Both the position numbers and the translations under genes were made by a program. Below are positions 37,800 to 50,102 of a stretch of 63,645 nt of DNA, one piece after another. The stretch spans positions 10,131,673-10,195,317 of the forward strand of contig JARDVH010000121.1 in assembly GCA_030324005.1 (NCBI GenBank), given 5' to 3'. The stretch comes from Negaprion brevirostris (Eukaryota). Below the pieces are notes generated by a model. It worked only from the letters and a program-made list of their open reading frames with translations, did no database searches and had not been told where the DNA came from. Within the stretch, counting starts at the first letter, position 1, and every line of letters starts with the position of its first letter.

Positions 37800-39450
37800 C
37801 TCACTGGTCCAGTGGGTGTGTGGTTCTATATATTTAACGTTCTGGGCAATTTACACCTGGGAGAAGTTGACGTGCGCTTGTGGGAATAGACAACGTCCAT
37901 GGTGTCCTCCCGTATCAATATGTAAAACCGTCGATTGAAATTGAAAATACTAGAATTTGGAACAGGTTTACAATGATACCGCTGCAGCCCTCATTGAAAT
38001 CGGTGATGAGATAGTTGTTCTGTGCACTGTGGCCCTGCAGTACAAATGCCACTAGACATTATCTTGAGAGCTAAGGGTTCAAGTTGTGTTTTAATTGGAT
38101 TAGGATGTTGCACATTAATACTTGACAATTCAGTGAATATAACCAATTTGGGCACGCACGTTAGAAAGGACTTCAAAAAATTCAAAGAAGAAATAGCATT
38201 ATTTTATTTGTGGAACTGGCAACTGGCTGGATGCGTTAACGAAAATAAATCAAGAAACAGTTTTTTTCTTCATTGTTATCTTACCGTTCGTTGTAATTAT
38301 ACAAACGTTTAGATGCTGCTGTTCCATGGCAGGGAAGTCTATAAGAGGGGCAGCAACAATGGCATCAAGCCATGTAAAAAAAAAATCTTCCCGTCACCAA
38401 ACGCACATCCAAAATATGAAAACGTGTACCGTTTTCATATTTTGGATAATATTTACTTAGGATACTGACGATAATATTACTTTTCATTATGATGTGAACA
38501 TTAATGGGGATTATTATTTCAAATTCATCTATGCACAACCCATCCAGAATTAGTGATGACAATGAAGATAAAGAATGATGAAATCAAGAGGCTATACCCA
38601 CTTTTAGAAGTAAATAGTATTTCCTTAGGTACTTCTATTTTCTTGCCAAATATTGGGATAACCAACACAAAGAAAGCGGGTGGAAGTGGAAAATTATTAC
38701 AGGTTTGTAAAGTTTTGTTTTAAGAAATACAGACATTGGCAGACTGGCAGAACGACCAGCGTTAAGAAACAATACTTTCAAATAGGCTCATAAGCTAACA
38801 GTACAGCTGTTGAAGGGAGATTTAAACAAGTTACTTTGGTTTTTTTTTAAGATGTATGCTGATATTCTGAATGTTCAAAAATCATACTTTCCTTCTGCCA
38901 AAGGCAGTTTGCAGTGAAGCATCCTAGTAAAGGACATTACGGCAAAACTAAATTCTAAGAGAAAGATTTGTCTTCGGAATATGCAAGTTTTACCAGAAGA
39001 GTTTATTATGTAATGGAAATTTAGGAGATTTAACCAAATTTCATGAATCGGATTTATTCATTGTCCAGATAATATGGATGCATGAACAGACATCTGTTAA
39101 TTTGGTTTGACAGTGACCTACATATGAACTTATGGGAACACAACCTTGATGGTTGTGGTTCGTGTCTGCCTATTGGCGGATATAGGATGTTGAGTTAGCC
39201 AAAATAGCAGGATTCTAAGGACAAGCTAAGCGTCATTATGCAAGAGGGCAAGATACGATTGGCTAAGGTTTATTGCTGGCATTATCGTTGATGCATCTGT
39301 GTTGAAGATTATTGATTTAAAACTAATGAATGGTCGGAATAATTGATCAGAAACTCTATGACTGCTCTATTCTGAATTTTATACGCCAGAATTCATTAGA
39401 AAGGTCTAGCTGTTCCACCTTAGGTGATGTCCGATCCTTTGGTGATTTTC
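37800..39450 (+). pseudogene. Decayed cGAS/Mab-21-like (cGLR) gene with helical/TPR-like C-terminal extension, copy 2
   Basis: GSIY...GEVDV at 37822-37874 (G[SG]x9-13[DE]h[DE] nucleotidyltransferase signature, with a frameshift), HCGPAV..DII (from 38025), SRNSFF (38250, cf. WRxSFS), ASSHVKK (38362, cf. SSYHLKT), DNITFHY (38470, cf. CPHYF), then about 300 codons of helical sequence. Confidence 0.5.
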
Positions 39451-40726
39451 CTTAGAGGCGCCTGGACAAAATAAAGTTTACATTATCAAACTGAGTCACT
39501 GGCTTCGTGATTATTGAAATATCAGGTAGTACCCGCTCACCCTGAATGCCGCACCAGCAGAGGAAAATATCCATACCTCTAAAATGCTGCAGCAAAATCT
39601 TCACTTCACATTTTTCAAATCTATTTGTCCCAGCCATAGAATTATTTGTTTATTCTTACAATTTTTTTCATGCCCAATATTTGCATTTATGAATCTCAAT
39701 ATGTTTGTGATGTTGACGTTCCATCGGACTCACGTTAACTTTTGTCCTGTCTGAACATTGAACCTTGAACAAGGCTGACATGTTTTGCAGTAATGAATCC
39801 CCTGTTGAATGTTCAATGTAAATAGTGTGATGGCAGGAATATCGATGGTTCAAACTTCATTTCCTCTATAAATGTGAGATGTAAGCTGAATGGTTCAGCT
39901 GACCTAACACAATATCATTGTCACTTTGTTTTTACATTTTCTGATAGTTGCTTGTCCGCAAAGTCGCTAAGTTTATCTTCTTCCCAAATATCCGTCTGTT
40001 AGCACGTTCCAACAAATTTATTGATACCAGTAAAATTCTACTAAGCGTGCATTGTGGCCCCTGAATGATAGCAACCTATTGTCCCTGACGCGTTAACTGG
40101 AACCTTTATACATTTAAAAATGAAGCTCAAGATTTAACCGTTAACGAGTGTGTTAACAGAGATTCTGTACTTATGCTTAGATTTTGCAATCCTATGTCCC
40201 ATTACACATCTGCTTACTATGTATTATAATTGCACTTCTTAACATTTGAAGTATTCACTTGACATGGATCGCACAGCGAATGTGTTTCATTTGATTTTGC
40301 ACTACATTCCCCTTGTGACATAAAAATCATATGCTTGAGACATGTTCTTTGTCAACAATTTTGGCATAGCCTACGGTTCACAAACAAAAACTCAGCACTG
40401 AAGATGATTAGTTGTAAAATGACTTTGCTTCTCATTCAGTGCACCAATAAAATTTTGCTCCTTCGTTGTCATGTTTACAAAATTGCTGATGCACATTAAC
40501 TACTACGTTGCATATTCTAAACATTTATAATGATTTGACTTCTCAATCCACTTTGCAGAAGAGGCATTGAAGTGTCGGGAGACCGAGATCAATTCATGCA
40601 ATGTTTCAAACACAGCAGGAATCCGCAGAACTTGGTGCTATAAAATTGCCTTACATCGGGTTCAGGGGTGTTTCCTTTGCATGCAACGATCACTGGAAAA
40701 TAATCAACATGAGTTTGTTCCTGGGA

Positions 40727-40890
40727 TAAGACCATAAGATCACACGAGCATAATTAGGCCACTCGGTCTATCTAGTATGCTCCTCCATTCAATCATGGTT
40801 GATATTTTCCTCATCCCCATTCTCCTGCCTTTCCCCCATAACATCTGATCCCGTGATTAATAAATAACATAATTCTCTTTGTCTTAAAGG
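40727..40890 (-). mobile_element. CR1 3' fragment
   Basis: TAAGACCATAAGA tail and CCATTCAATCATGG..ATCCCCATTCTCCTGCCTT. Confidence 0.75.
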
Positions 40891-40904
40891 CACAACCAAA
40901 CTGC

Positions 40905-41127
40905 AATGCGACATGGGTGACTCAAACAGTTATGATGAAGTCAGGTGACCATAGTCTGCTGTCCGCTTTGAACTGGAGAATTGGCAGTCAGTGATTTCAT
41001 CCAATGATCACCACCACTCAGGCGAGAGGCAATGATGCGAAGGAGGCGTTCAGGGGCCCATAGGGGAACTGAACCCATGCTGCCGGCATTGCTACAAATC
41101 GCCAGCCAGCAGAGTTTAACAGACCTC
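40905..41127 (-). mobile_element. tRNA-derived SINE (second family), degenerate
   Basis: GACCATAG..CTCAGGCGAGAGGCAA body; GGGAACTGAACCC is the reverse complement of a B-box-like head. Confidence 0.55.
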
Positions 41128-41889
41128 GAATCGAATAGTTCTTAATTTCCAAAAAAGAACTTCAGGAACGCTCAATTTGATTTGGAGCGTTGCCTTCAGT
41201 ACAATCTGGGTCCAACTATGTAAGTATGATAAATCGAGGGTTAATGTGGGATCGACTATTATTGCTGTCTCGTAGAACTGCAACAGATTTGTCATCGAGT
41301 GTCCGGAAATAGATGAAGTTAAAATGAATTAGCTAATAATTGATCCTTTACTTTGTGTCAAGATTATCACCGCGATAATTGGAAAACAATAATCTCAGTC
41401 TTATCAACATTTTGCAGAGGTTACACTTAGTGTTAATTGTTGCCGGAAGTGTTCAGATGTTTCATAAATATATTGCCGTCCAACAAGATTTCTAGAAGTG
41501 GAAACATGTTGTAGTCATGGCACAGTGTTCTAAAGTATTCAGGATTTATTTGGTACAGCATTACGCATGTTGTATGGAACAGAACCTCTTCTGCAATCAG
41601 TGCCGTAATCAAAAGTGGAAATAGCTATGTCCTGAACACAGATAGTAGGGAATGACAGTCGTCAAAAAAAGACAAAACAAAACTCCGTCTGTCAATGGAG
41701 TTAAATGATATTGTCGTTATCAAATCGCCGCTCAAAAACATCGGGAATTTAATATTGACTGGAAAAATCACTGGGCATAAATTAGATTGGTACAGTCCCG
41801 CGATATTGCAGTGTACATTGCCAAAAAACACCCTCGCCAATTCTCAAACAAAAACGTTCTACTCAGGTAGGAAACGTACTTTCACAGTC

Positions 41890-43360
41890 TAATACACAGC
41901 AGCTGAGGTTCCAGAGGGCTGGAGAGTAAACAAAGTTCTTCGCTTGTTATAGGAAGGAAGCAGGGATGATCAAAGAAATCATTGGCCGGTGAGCCTGACG
42001 TCACTGCTGGAGAAGCTTCTGGAGAAGACAACAAGGGACAGAAGATCTGCGTATTTTGTAAGAACATGGACTAGATAGTGACAGGCAGCACGGTTTTGTA
42101 CGGGAACAATCATTTCACAAGACCTTAAACGTGTTTTCTGAAAAGTAACAAAGGTAACTGATGAGGGAAGGCCTGTGCATGTAGTTTATGTGGACATTGG
42201 TAAGGCATTTGACAAGATCCCACATGGCAGACTGGCCCACAAATAAAATCTCATGGGATTTCGGCTGGTTTGTCATGTTCGATATAGGATTCATTTCATT
42301 TCAGCAAAACAAGTAGCGTTGGAAAGACGTTTCTCAGTATGAAGTTCAATAGCCCGTTTTGTTCCAAAGAGATCAGAGTTGGGACCTCTGTTGTTATTTG
42401 TATATATAAATGATCTTGATCAAAACATAGGGTGTCTGTTGAGTAGATTTGCGGATGACAAGAAGATTGGTGGATTTGCTGATAACGTCAGGCATTGTCA
42501 AAGTATACAAAAAGATGTAGGCAAAGTGGAGACTTGGGCACAGAAATGCAAGCTGGAGCTTGATCCGGACAAATGCGAGGTGATACATTTTAGAGAACCA
42601 AATTTAAGTGTGAATCCCACTGTAATTGACAGAATCCTTTGGAATATTAACGTTGAGAGTTATTTGGGCCTTCAGGTCAAATGTTCCCCCAACGTGGCAA
42701 CCCAGATGGCTAAAGTGATTGAGAAAACATAGAGCATGCCAGCCTTCATCTGTTAGGGCATTGAGTACAGAAGTTGGGAAAATGTTACAGCTATAAAAAA
42801 CCTAGGAATGGTAATATTTGGAACATTGCATGCAATCCCGGTCATCACACGAGTGGAAGGACGGGGACGTGTTGAAAAGAGCGCAAAGAAAATTGACGAG
42901 GTTGTTACCGGATTTGGAGGTTGCTGGCTGTGAGGAGATGTTGAATAAATTAGGATTGAATTCGTTGGAAAGAATGAGGCTGAGGGGAAACCAAACAGGC
43001 CTTTACATATTGTGATAGGCATAGACAGGGTGGGTAGTCAGAGGCTTTCTCCTCGGGTCAAGCTGCCAACTACAAGGAGAGCAAACTTTCAGTATGAGAG
43101 AGAGGGAAATTAAGGGAGTAGGTGGGAAGCTATTCCAAGCAGAGAGTTGTGGCTGCTTGGAATGCGCTGCGAGAGAAAGTGGTCGAAATAGGAACTTTAA
43201 CAACATTTAATAGATGTATGTGTTCATGCATTAAGAGGGAGAGCATAGAGGAATATATGGACCAGGCAACGACATGTATTTTTTAGTTTTGTTAAGACAT
43301 TCTGATCGGGGCAGCCTTGAAGGGCCAAAAACCCTATTCTTGTGTTTGCTTTTTATTCTT
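41890..43360 (+). mobile_element. 5'-truncated CR1 LINE inserted between the caspase-like and NACHT-like segments
   Basis: EVPEGW..PVSLTS, KAFDKIPH, GPLLLFVYINDLD, SRFADDKKIGG, DKCEVIHF and a 3' UTR GAAGGGCCAAAA. Confidence 0.92.
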
Positions 43361-46229
43361 CGTGGTCTTTGTTGAAGTACCACCCCTAAAACCCTTGGAG
43401 CACGGAAATAATGCAAATTAATCTCAAAGCACAAGAGTGACGGACTTATCGGAACGTTGCTCTGTGGGTGCATCGCAATACTGCCGCCCACCAAGAAATA
43501 TTATGTTGCATCCATATTCACTCAAGCCACATCAGTAATCTTTTCACTGCCTTCATTGAGGAATATCGCATGGGACAGTCGAAACACATTCTGGAGGCTC
43601 AGTCTCGTTCCTTCTGCGTACTTTTTCAAAGTTGAAAAACGTGTTGTCCGTTCGTGGAAGAAAACTTTTGGACATTGATCGCTCGAATCTCACCTGAATG
43701 TCCCTCAAATCCAGATGAACTGACATAATTACTCAGTTACTGTTGCTGCGAGACAATTACGGAAATCCCATTCTAATAACCCAACACAACGGCACATTTA
43801 ACGTGTTGTTGCATATGGTCAGATGCATAGACCCATTAGAAGTCGTCCAAATTTCCGTTGTCCGGTTGAAGTAGAAGAATTGCCATTGAATGTGAGCCCT
43901 TGAATGAGCTTATTCATCAGTAGCTTATAAAAACACTTTAAACACCTGAACGGATAGTTCATTGAACAACGGGACGTCCTGCGTATGGCTGCGAATCCGA
44001 GGTTTCCGCCGGATGAGCTATTTGTATCTCTAAAAATGGCCAATTAGTTTTGCTCAATGTTGCAGCGACTAGGTTACTTGCTAGTGAAAAAAAAACTTCG
44101 GAGATTCACAACTCACCCTGTTCGCCTCTTGTGAATACTCTTATCCCGAGACAGACATGACAAACAGTCTGCGATCAACTGCCTGCATCGCAAAACAGTG
44201 GCTTCCCTACCCTGACTCAGTTGATCAATATCGCCCTCAAAGAATGCAGCATTTCAAGCTCAACAGACATCGGGAAGGTCCCACGAGATGAACTTCAGCT
44301 CTAGAATCTTCGAGCTGTCTCAATCCACTTAGAATATTTGTTTAAAGCGTCTCTGAACTACGGTAACAGAAAGAATAACACATATTTTTGACATTAACCC
44401 ATTGCAGTGATGTTTAATGATTGGATAAATTCACGGAGTAGATGACGTTAAGAGGCAGCATGTTATTTTGATCGAACACAATTCCCCGAAACAGCAAAAT
44501 TGAGTTCAGTAATCATCCCGGTTCATGTGTTCGCTAATGTAATAATCTAAGTTTACGCTTTGTGAGGTCGCCTAAGACTATACTAATTTGACACTTGCAA
44601 ACATTGATTTCTCAGATATGTTTCTTTTTAGAATGTGAGAATGTTAAGGAAGCATTCAGTAAGGATTATAACGCACTGCGCTCTCTCAGATTGCCTGCCG
44701 CAGGCATTTCCTTTTCAAGATAGCTTGTCCAGAGGGTAGGGGCTAACATTTGGTAGTCTTAAATGACGGATCTTGAACCTAAACATGGAATTCCTATTTT
44801 GAAAGTATTGGATATATCTATATTGCTAAATTATCTTTCTTTATCTTTGACATTCAGGCAAAACTATACGCTAGAACTGTGAATTAGATAAGAGAGGTCC
44901 GTGAAGATTAGTGCAGACATAATGAAGAAAAAGTTCTTTCTTTATAGTGCATGATTCCATGAATTAGTGTAATCTGATCGGTAAAACAGTAATACGGTTC
45001 CATTACCTTGACAACATGTTTTTATCACACAGCTCGTTCTCATCTTTGTCGCCATTTGTTCCGTATATATACTTTGATTTGTACGCAGTTTTGCTGATGA
45101 CTTAGTTTCCATGACACTTATATTGATCGCACTTAGCCAACTCATAATTAATAATTTGCAAAATGTAGTTGTTAAATCTCATTTCCAGCATTGGCTTCAG
45201 CTTTCATTCCTAAATGTCATATCTTCATGCGTCCTAAAATTCGCTGTGCACCTCAGTTCAAACAGAACCAGAACGACATCCAAAAGCTTTTAGCATTGTT
45301 CAGTTGTGCTATGGCGCAATTGCACCAAACATTTCCATTGGCTCTGTATCTAACAATGAACACCTCTTCCTGCTACGGCAGAAATTGATCAGGACAAAAA
45401 TTGCTCAGGTGATATACATTGAAAGTTCTAGTACGCATACTTATTTCAGAAACGCCTGGTGGTTCTGGAAACATCGACAACAGTAATATTACAAGACATT
45501 CCGTGTTTCACTGAGTGTTGGTTACCTTTGTACTCACAAGAACAAATACGGAGTTTTCAGTACCGATTTCCGATTGTGATGAAGTGAAACTTAATCAGAG
45601 ATAATTTCTTATAGATAAGAGGAAAATTGCACACTTTCTTTTGACACGAAGGAATACGGCAGATGTGGGAGAACAATGTACAACATTTCGAAATACACTG
45701 CGGTTTTATGCAACACAGCAATTGTCAGAAAACAGTATTGCAACATCGGACCTATCAACTTCCATGTTGAGAAATAAAGTCATAAAGAAAGAACCTTTCA
45801 GTGTGATTGGGGCGGGTCATGAGTTTGGATGAATAGGCGAAAGAGCTTGTCTTTGCAGAAGTGTTGCTGAAAGTGAATGAGAAAACGGAACTTAGTCGCA
45901 TAGCGCAGACCCACTCAAAGTATGGCATGATAGAAAAGAACGAATATTAACATAGCGATATCAGGGAGACATGTTTGGAAAGCATACTTTCATATATGTC
46001 CGTTTAGAAGGATCGACGGAGGACACTTGCTGCGCATAAACTCTAGCATTACCCAATTGGACAGAAAAAAAATGATGATTTTGTCGATATCGTATCTATT
46101 ACCACACAGTCGCATAGGCATATTTTTTCCGAATATCTATATTTGAATTTTATTTACAATATTATAGATCTTATCAAATGTGAAACGTATTAAAAAAGGC
46201 ATCTGGTGAATATTATGATTTTTTTAAAA

Positions 46230-46530
46230 AATCTTAATTCATGTGATATCGCCATCTCTGTCTGGGCAAGCAGGTATGTCTAGGCGTCACTTGTCCTTGC
46301 GACTGATTCAAAGTTCATTATTTAAATGAATAAATCAAAATGGTGTGGACCTTGAGTCGAACCCGACGAGAACAGGTAGAATGGCATGATTGATTAAACA
46401 CACGAGGACATTGAACCTACAGGTATTTATGAAAATTCGCAATAGTTTCATGGGTATTTACATAATTGTTGCACCAGAATTTTGATCAGTTCAAGTTTCA
46501 CCATTTCCTGTGAAGGGATTCAAATCCTTA
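46230..46530 (-). mobile_element. Degenerate SINE-like repeat
   Basis: Resembles a common shark short repeat ending in GGGATTCAAATCC (reverse of a B-box-like head). Confidence 0.35.
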
Positions 46531-49500
46531 AATACGTGCCCTCCCAACGCTAGCACAAGCCACTCCTACCCACACTGCTCCCCCCCCCCCCCTCAACTAC
46601 CCCTCCCTCCACCCACCGCCGCCAGGCAACACTGCCATGAAATTATTCATAATTATAATTCCAATGCTTTTAGATTTTTATTTTCCGAAAAACAACACAA
46701 CGCCTGCAGTTATAAATTGGAACGATAAGGAAATCCACAATTTGCCTAAATTTGTGCCAGCCTTTTTTATCAAACTTCATGTTAATTATCTATCGATGGG
46801 TCAATTTCTGCCTATATTTCTCACTACTGCATTTTATAGACTCGTTTATGCAACAGCCTGCTCTATTGAATAGCATATGCTTGGACACGTAACATCCATT
46901 CAGGTTTATGAAAAGATCTGATGGCACTGTGAAATGCAATGTATTAAGTTAATACTTATTTTCTTTGGTTATTATGTGACGTTTTTTGGGGGGTGCTTAA
47001 AAACAATGAATGACGCATCTGCATGAAAGAAATGTTGTCTAATTACGTTGTAGCAAAACAAATATCTGCTCACTCAGGAAAGGGCCAATCCAATTCAGTA
47101 GCTTTTAAAACGTGCAAAAAACGCAGTAGACACTCTCAACCAGATACTTCAAGCATCACTACAAAGTTGGCAAAAAAAGACTGTCAATGCGAATTGATTA
47201 AAACATGTGGCATCCTTGGGTTGTCAGATGTAAGATTCAGTCCATTGCTAGCCGTCACATTGTTGCAATGCACGCGAAAAAAAAAATCTAAGACTCCTAC
47301 CAGACCCCTCGCTAATACCGCATGTCATCCTAATAAAGATTCACTTGTTAACATCCAGAAACAACATGACGAACGCACATCAGAGGATGGATAGACTCTC
47401 ACCACTCTTCACCTTACCAATCGACCTGCAGACTGATTAAAATGATATAATTACACCTTGGCTTGCACATTCATTCTGCGATGCACTTACACCTGTAAAC
47501 AAGTGTGACTGGACCCCTACCTTGTTACAGGCTCTTTACAGCCGAACTGAAATAATGTTTCATCTATATTCCTCCCAAACCAGAACACCAAACTGAAAGG
47601 CATAGTTACTCAACTACTCAACCAAACCTTAATTTGCCCGGGATGATTTGACCACTTTACCTCCAGAACAATAATTGAAACTCTCCCCCGACAAGCCGGT
47701 AAAATGATGAGTGATGTATTCCTTCGACTTCACCAACACACCACAAGGGGACCTGAAGAACAAAAATGCAAATGTCAACTTATTATTGCAATTATATTGT
47801 GCATTTGAGAAGATTTGAAATATCATGAAAAAGGATCGATTTTTCAGTAAGAAATATGTCTCTGTTTTCCAGCCCCAAATCCCTAGAATTTAGAAAAAAT
47901 GAAATATCTACAGAACGGAAAGTTGTCATCCAGTCATTGGACTGTCCGCTGACTTTCCTAAACAGTATCACATGCAGCAATTCCCGCCTGCCCTATCTTT
48001 GCAAAATTGCACATTTTCCTGGTCTGAGCCACAAAAGATACGCATCTTGACTTCTTAAATGACAATTCAGCGTGACCGAAGCAAATAGCATCTTCATCTT
48101 TGCACTGTGGGCGGAAAACAGAGCACCTCCAAGACAGCACTAATTGCATTGTGTACATGCAAGTACATATAAAAGTACATACCGAAGGCCGCAATCCATT
48201 TCGAGTTCCTAGCATTTTGATGCAGCCCGTTCACTCTGCCGCCTCTGTACGCATGATGTCTTATTACCTATCTTCGCAAACAACCACAGCACGAGCAGAC
48301 CAGAATACCGAATCAACCATTCAGCCCCACTCCACACCAGTCACATCTGTCCACGTTCCTTTCTGGAATCTCCACACTGCACCTGAGTGCAGTGAGATCT
48401 ACCAATCTAACCAATTTGAAAAATCGCACATCTAATGGCGGAAATACCCAAGAGCCAGAAATAACTTTCCAGCTCGAATCCCTTCAACACTCATTCAAAT
48501 GCACGTACTATCACAACTCCCACCGAACTATGCTGCCGGCCCTAACTGCCAAACAGACAACATCCAAGTAACTAACTCAGCAACCTATCAGTACAGTGAA
48601 CCGATGACTCTCTGCCAGCCTGCTCAACCCTCCAAATGTCTCCACAAGTATATTGAGTAAGCAACATCAACACACGACAACGACCAAGGGAGCCAAAGAA
48701 CCAACTTCACACATGTTGTTGTCAAATTCAATACTCAGTCGCCAGACACATTACAACAGTGGCACTGATGACCCCGAAACTTCCTCGACTCTCTGCTCTG
48801 TGGCATTCCTGCACATTATTTCTGATCGGGCAGAAACGCACAGCATAGCTGTTTCCGTGGAGTCTTCCATCAGAGTGGATTGGAGCCTGTGAAACAAAGC
48901 GTGTTTCTGCCATTGTGTGTCAATAGCTGAAATTCGACAATGAGGAGGCAGACTTGAATGCTAGTTTTGTTAATGACTGGATGAACGTTTGCTGAGATAC
49001 TTTGTTAGTATGAGTGAGTGAATAGTCAGATCGTCTGGCGTAGAAGAGTACCGTTTGTAGCTAGATAACAGGGCAATCTTGACTAGTGAATCTAAGACGA
49101 AGCTTCAAGTGTCTGCCTGGAAAACAAGTTGGTTATTTTAAGTGGCAGTGAATGAGTTGGATAGATTATGAATTTGAAATTGTGCATGGCCTCGGGAAAG
49201 AGGATACTGCGTGATGTGCATGTGACCTGTAAATTGGATGAGGCGTATATGTGAGTGATCTGATTTTAAGTTTGTTCAGCGATTATGTTGATTAGTGTTT
49301 AAGTTTGATAGCTGAAGGAATTGGATACATGTGATTGAGATGGGTAGAGAACGAAAGTGAGTGAGCTGTTTATTGTCTGGCAGGGTTATTAGCAAGGTTG
49401 GAGAGTGTTATAGTGTACCATTGTCTCCTTGCCATCTTTTTAAAGGGGGTAAATTGTCTAATCGTGAGTCCAGAATGTTAGTTTGAATTAGAGGAATTGA

Positions 49501-50102
49501 TTGTGATTGGTCGTCTGATCAGATGGGTTATGTTTGCTCCAGGTTGACCCAGAGTCAAATGAAAGAGAAGGAAGTAATCCAGGTCATCATGTCAACGCAA
49601 ATTACCTCCAATAACTATCAACAGATTCGCAAAACCTACTGATTTACCCATGATCATCAATACTTTCTCACTTCAATTATCTACTCACATGTTATCGTTC
49701 AGGTTCCATCATTAGAATTCAAGTTGAGACATTCATCCTAAAAGCAACGTTACCTTTTTTATTTTATTATTTCTAAATTGTCAATTAGCTGACAACATAT
49801 TCAAAACCCCGTGTAAAATATCCCTTCACCACTTAACAACATTTCCCTCTCCCACATTTGTTGAGCTGTCTATTCACTAATAAAACGTTAATCTGCCTTG
49901 CTACCGAAGAAAATCTCAAACTGGGAAGATATTAAAAACATTTTACTGAACGGCACATGTATGGTGAATGGACATAACTGTTCTTCATTGGCCTTTTTTT
50001 TAAATGAGGCTCCCATGATCCATCTTTAGTGTCATAGGTAGGCTTGCAATGAAGTTTCCGACAAACTCCACAGTTTTCCATTTGTCATGTAATCCTTAAC
50101 AG

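Larger units (their letters stand above)
40559..46100 (+). pseudogene. Decayed CARD-caspase-NACHT-LRR gene, copy A1
   Basis: Acceptor-like CTTTGCAG ending 40558; CARD-like TQQESAEL..LPYIGFRG..SLENNQH (40610-40715); caspase-like LIID (41333)..CCSHG (41513-41521)..IQDLF..LYG in one frame; after the CR1 insert, NACHT-like RTYRNVALWVH (43441), PILITQH (43767), LEVVQIS (43836), MAANPRF (43985), LGYLL; LRR-like ALRSLRL (44673) and ILKVLDIS (44796). Confidence 0.55.

Noticed and set aside
43740-43820. Filamin-repeat-like LLRDNYGNP
   Set aside because: Flanking motifs fit the NACHT ILITTR and EVLGF positions instead.
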